Source: Rhizobium phage RHph_TM30. Taken from it: a stretch of DNA of 24,000 nucleotides. The translations under genes and the position numbers were made by a program. Numbering within the stretch: position 1 is the stretch's first letter; each line of letters starts with the position of its first letter. Below are positions 23,032-24,000 of this stretch, piece after piece. The DNA lies in the sequence record MN988521.1. One strand, given 5' to 3'. A model generated the notes under the pieces. That model was not told the origin of the DNA, did not search any database, and saw only the letters and a list, made by a program, of their open reading frames with translations.

Positions 23032-23105
23032 AGGTTCACTTAAGGTCCTGGAGGGATTCTTCTTTGAAGGGAGCGTTGTGCTCCGAGTCTTTAAGGAGAA
23101 TTGTC
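23032..23105 (+). promoter_or_regulatory. Leader element copy D
   Basis: AGGTTCACTTAAGGTCCTGGAGGGATTCTTCTTTGAAGGG, hairpin GGAGC-GTTGT-GCTCC (23070-23084), GAGTCTTTAAGGAG. Lies directly after a terminator. Confidence 0.82.
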
Positions 23106-23285
23106 TTGAGGTACAAGTTCGAGCATCAGTCTGTAATTCCTGCATCCGACTTCGATCCTGATGGATTGGACATTGTCTGGATCGACGATACCTATGCGTC
23201 GGCAGATAGCTTGGATACGATTTCCAAGTACATGTGCTGCGAAGTCAATGAGATCCAGCAGTATACTTCTGTTGAGGAGATCTGA
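23106..23285 (+). CDS. Small acidic hypothetical protein, probable TTG start (MRYKFEHQSVIPASDFDPDG...)
   Basis: AAGGAG about 8 nt upstream of TTG 23106. The track start 23064 is inside the leader hairpin. Confidence 0.75.
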   Translation: MRYKFEHQSVIPASDFDPDGLDIVWIDDTYASADSLDTISKYMCCEVNEIQQYTSVEEI

Positions 23286-23286
23286 G

Positions 23287-23583
23287 ATGGCTAAGCTTGA
23301 TCGTGCAAAATGGCCTACTCTGGCTAAAGCATTTGATGACTACGGACATTCGTATAAGTTCGACGATATGTTCGATGCGAAGGTACGTAGCGACAGTAAC
23401 TACGTAGTCCTCTGCTGGAAGATCGACGAGGATTTCTATGAGATGGCTGATCTCGCTAGTGATGGGAATGGTAATTGGGAGATGCAGAACGACATGTTCG
23501 ATGGCATCAGTCTCAAGCAGTGGAAGTCCCTGAAGATCACTCCTCAGTGTGACTGGTTTACTTACGATGGGGACGGTAACTAA
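23287..23583 (+). CDS. Hypothetical protein (MAKLDRAKWPTLAKAFDDYGHSYKF...)
   Basis: ATG just after the previous stop. The track gives 23161. Confidence 0.85.
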   Translation: MAKLDRAKWPTLAKAFDDYGHSYKFDDMFDAKVRSDSNYVVLCWKIDEDFYEMADLASDGNGNWEMQNDMFDGISLKQWKSLKITPQCDWFTYDGDGN

Positions 23584-23584
23584 G

Positions 23585-23824
23585 ATGATTCTTCTCGTTA
23601 GAATGTTCTTATTCTCAGTTCGGATCTATGAGTTCTTCACTGGAGACAAGTCAGGTCTCGAAGTCCTCATCAAGGTACGTGAGGATAAGTGGGACAAGTA
23701 CAAATCGGATCTACTGAAGGATGGATTCGTCTTTCATGAGATCGATGGAACAATTCGTGTGACCAATGTAAAGTTCAATGGACGATACGTTGAGGTCATC
23801 GCTACGAGGGAGGATGCAGCATGA
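23585..23824 (+). CDS. Small hypothetical protein (MILLVRMFLFSVRIYEFFTGDKSGLEVLIKV...)
   Basis: Start directly after the previous stop. The track gives 23549. Confidence 0.75.
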   Translation: MILLVRMFLFSVRIYEFFTGDKSGLEVLIKVREDKWDKYKSDLLKDGFVFHEIDGTIRVTNVKFNGRYVEVIATREDAA

Positions 23825-24000
23825 ATGGTCTTGAGAAGCATCGTCGAGAAGCTACCGAGTATCGTATGAAGTACGAGAATGGGATTGATCCTCGTAAGGT
23901 CAAGCGATATGAAGCTTCTCATCTCGATCCTGTCCATTGGGCATACGTCGAAGGATCTGATGCTGGATACTTCAACTATGGTAATCGTAATCCCTATCCT
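23821..24000 (+). CDS. Hypothetical protein, 3'-truncated by window edge (MNGLEKHRREATEYRMKYENGIDPRKVKRYEASHLDPVHWAYVEG...)
   Basis: ATGA coupling. Open to the window end. Confidence 0.75.
   Translation, partial: MNGLEKHRREATEYRMKYENGIDPRKVKRYEASHLDPVHWAYVEGSDAGYFNYGNRNPYP

Noticed and set aside
1-24000. CRISPR array, retron, DGR or toxin-antitoxin operon
   Set aside because: No regularly spaced direct repeats, reverse transcriptase or TR/VR-like duplications were seen. Toxin-antitoxin is possible only by loose analogy at 22335-22726.

Overview
This 24 kb window looks like part of the accessory (non-structural) region of a large tailed-phage genome. It has about 60 short genes, all on the + strand and tightly packed, many coupled by ATGA, GTGA or TAATG stop/start overlaps. 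No structural or DNA-replication genes, rRNA, tRNA or CRISPR are recognisable. Products that can be read from motifs are: a calcineurin-like metallophosphoesterase (2119-2712), an HxD...H 2OG-Fe(II) oxygenase (6843-7391), a minimal-nucleotidyltransferase-like protein (3964-4347), a PD-(D/E)XK-like protein (about 17294-17674), an HNH endonuclease-like protein (18823-19602), an XRE-type HTH regulator (22335-22586), several small Zn-binding-like proteins, and a 5' block of exported or lipoprotein-like products including a signal-peptide protein with an Asp/Asn/Gly/His repeat tail (406-1152). The most interesting signals are: (1) a four-copy intergenic leader, consensus about AGGTTCACTTnnGGTCCTnnnGGGATTCTTCTTTnnAGGG, each copy followed by a hairpin of different sequence and then an AAGGAG RBS, near 8621, 10398, 10974 and 23032; (2) compact cassettes bounded by these leaders and by intrinsic terminators with GAAA, TTCG or GAGA loops; (3) a paralogous pair with a Cys...HWW...(I/V)DPTxxQF signature; (4) paralogous small proteins flanking the oxygenase; (5) an HNH ORF overlapping a 24-codon ORF that has a better RBS. 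All calls come from reading the sequence; no searches or computations were run.
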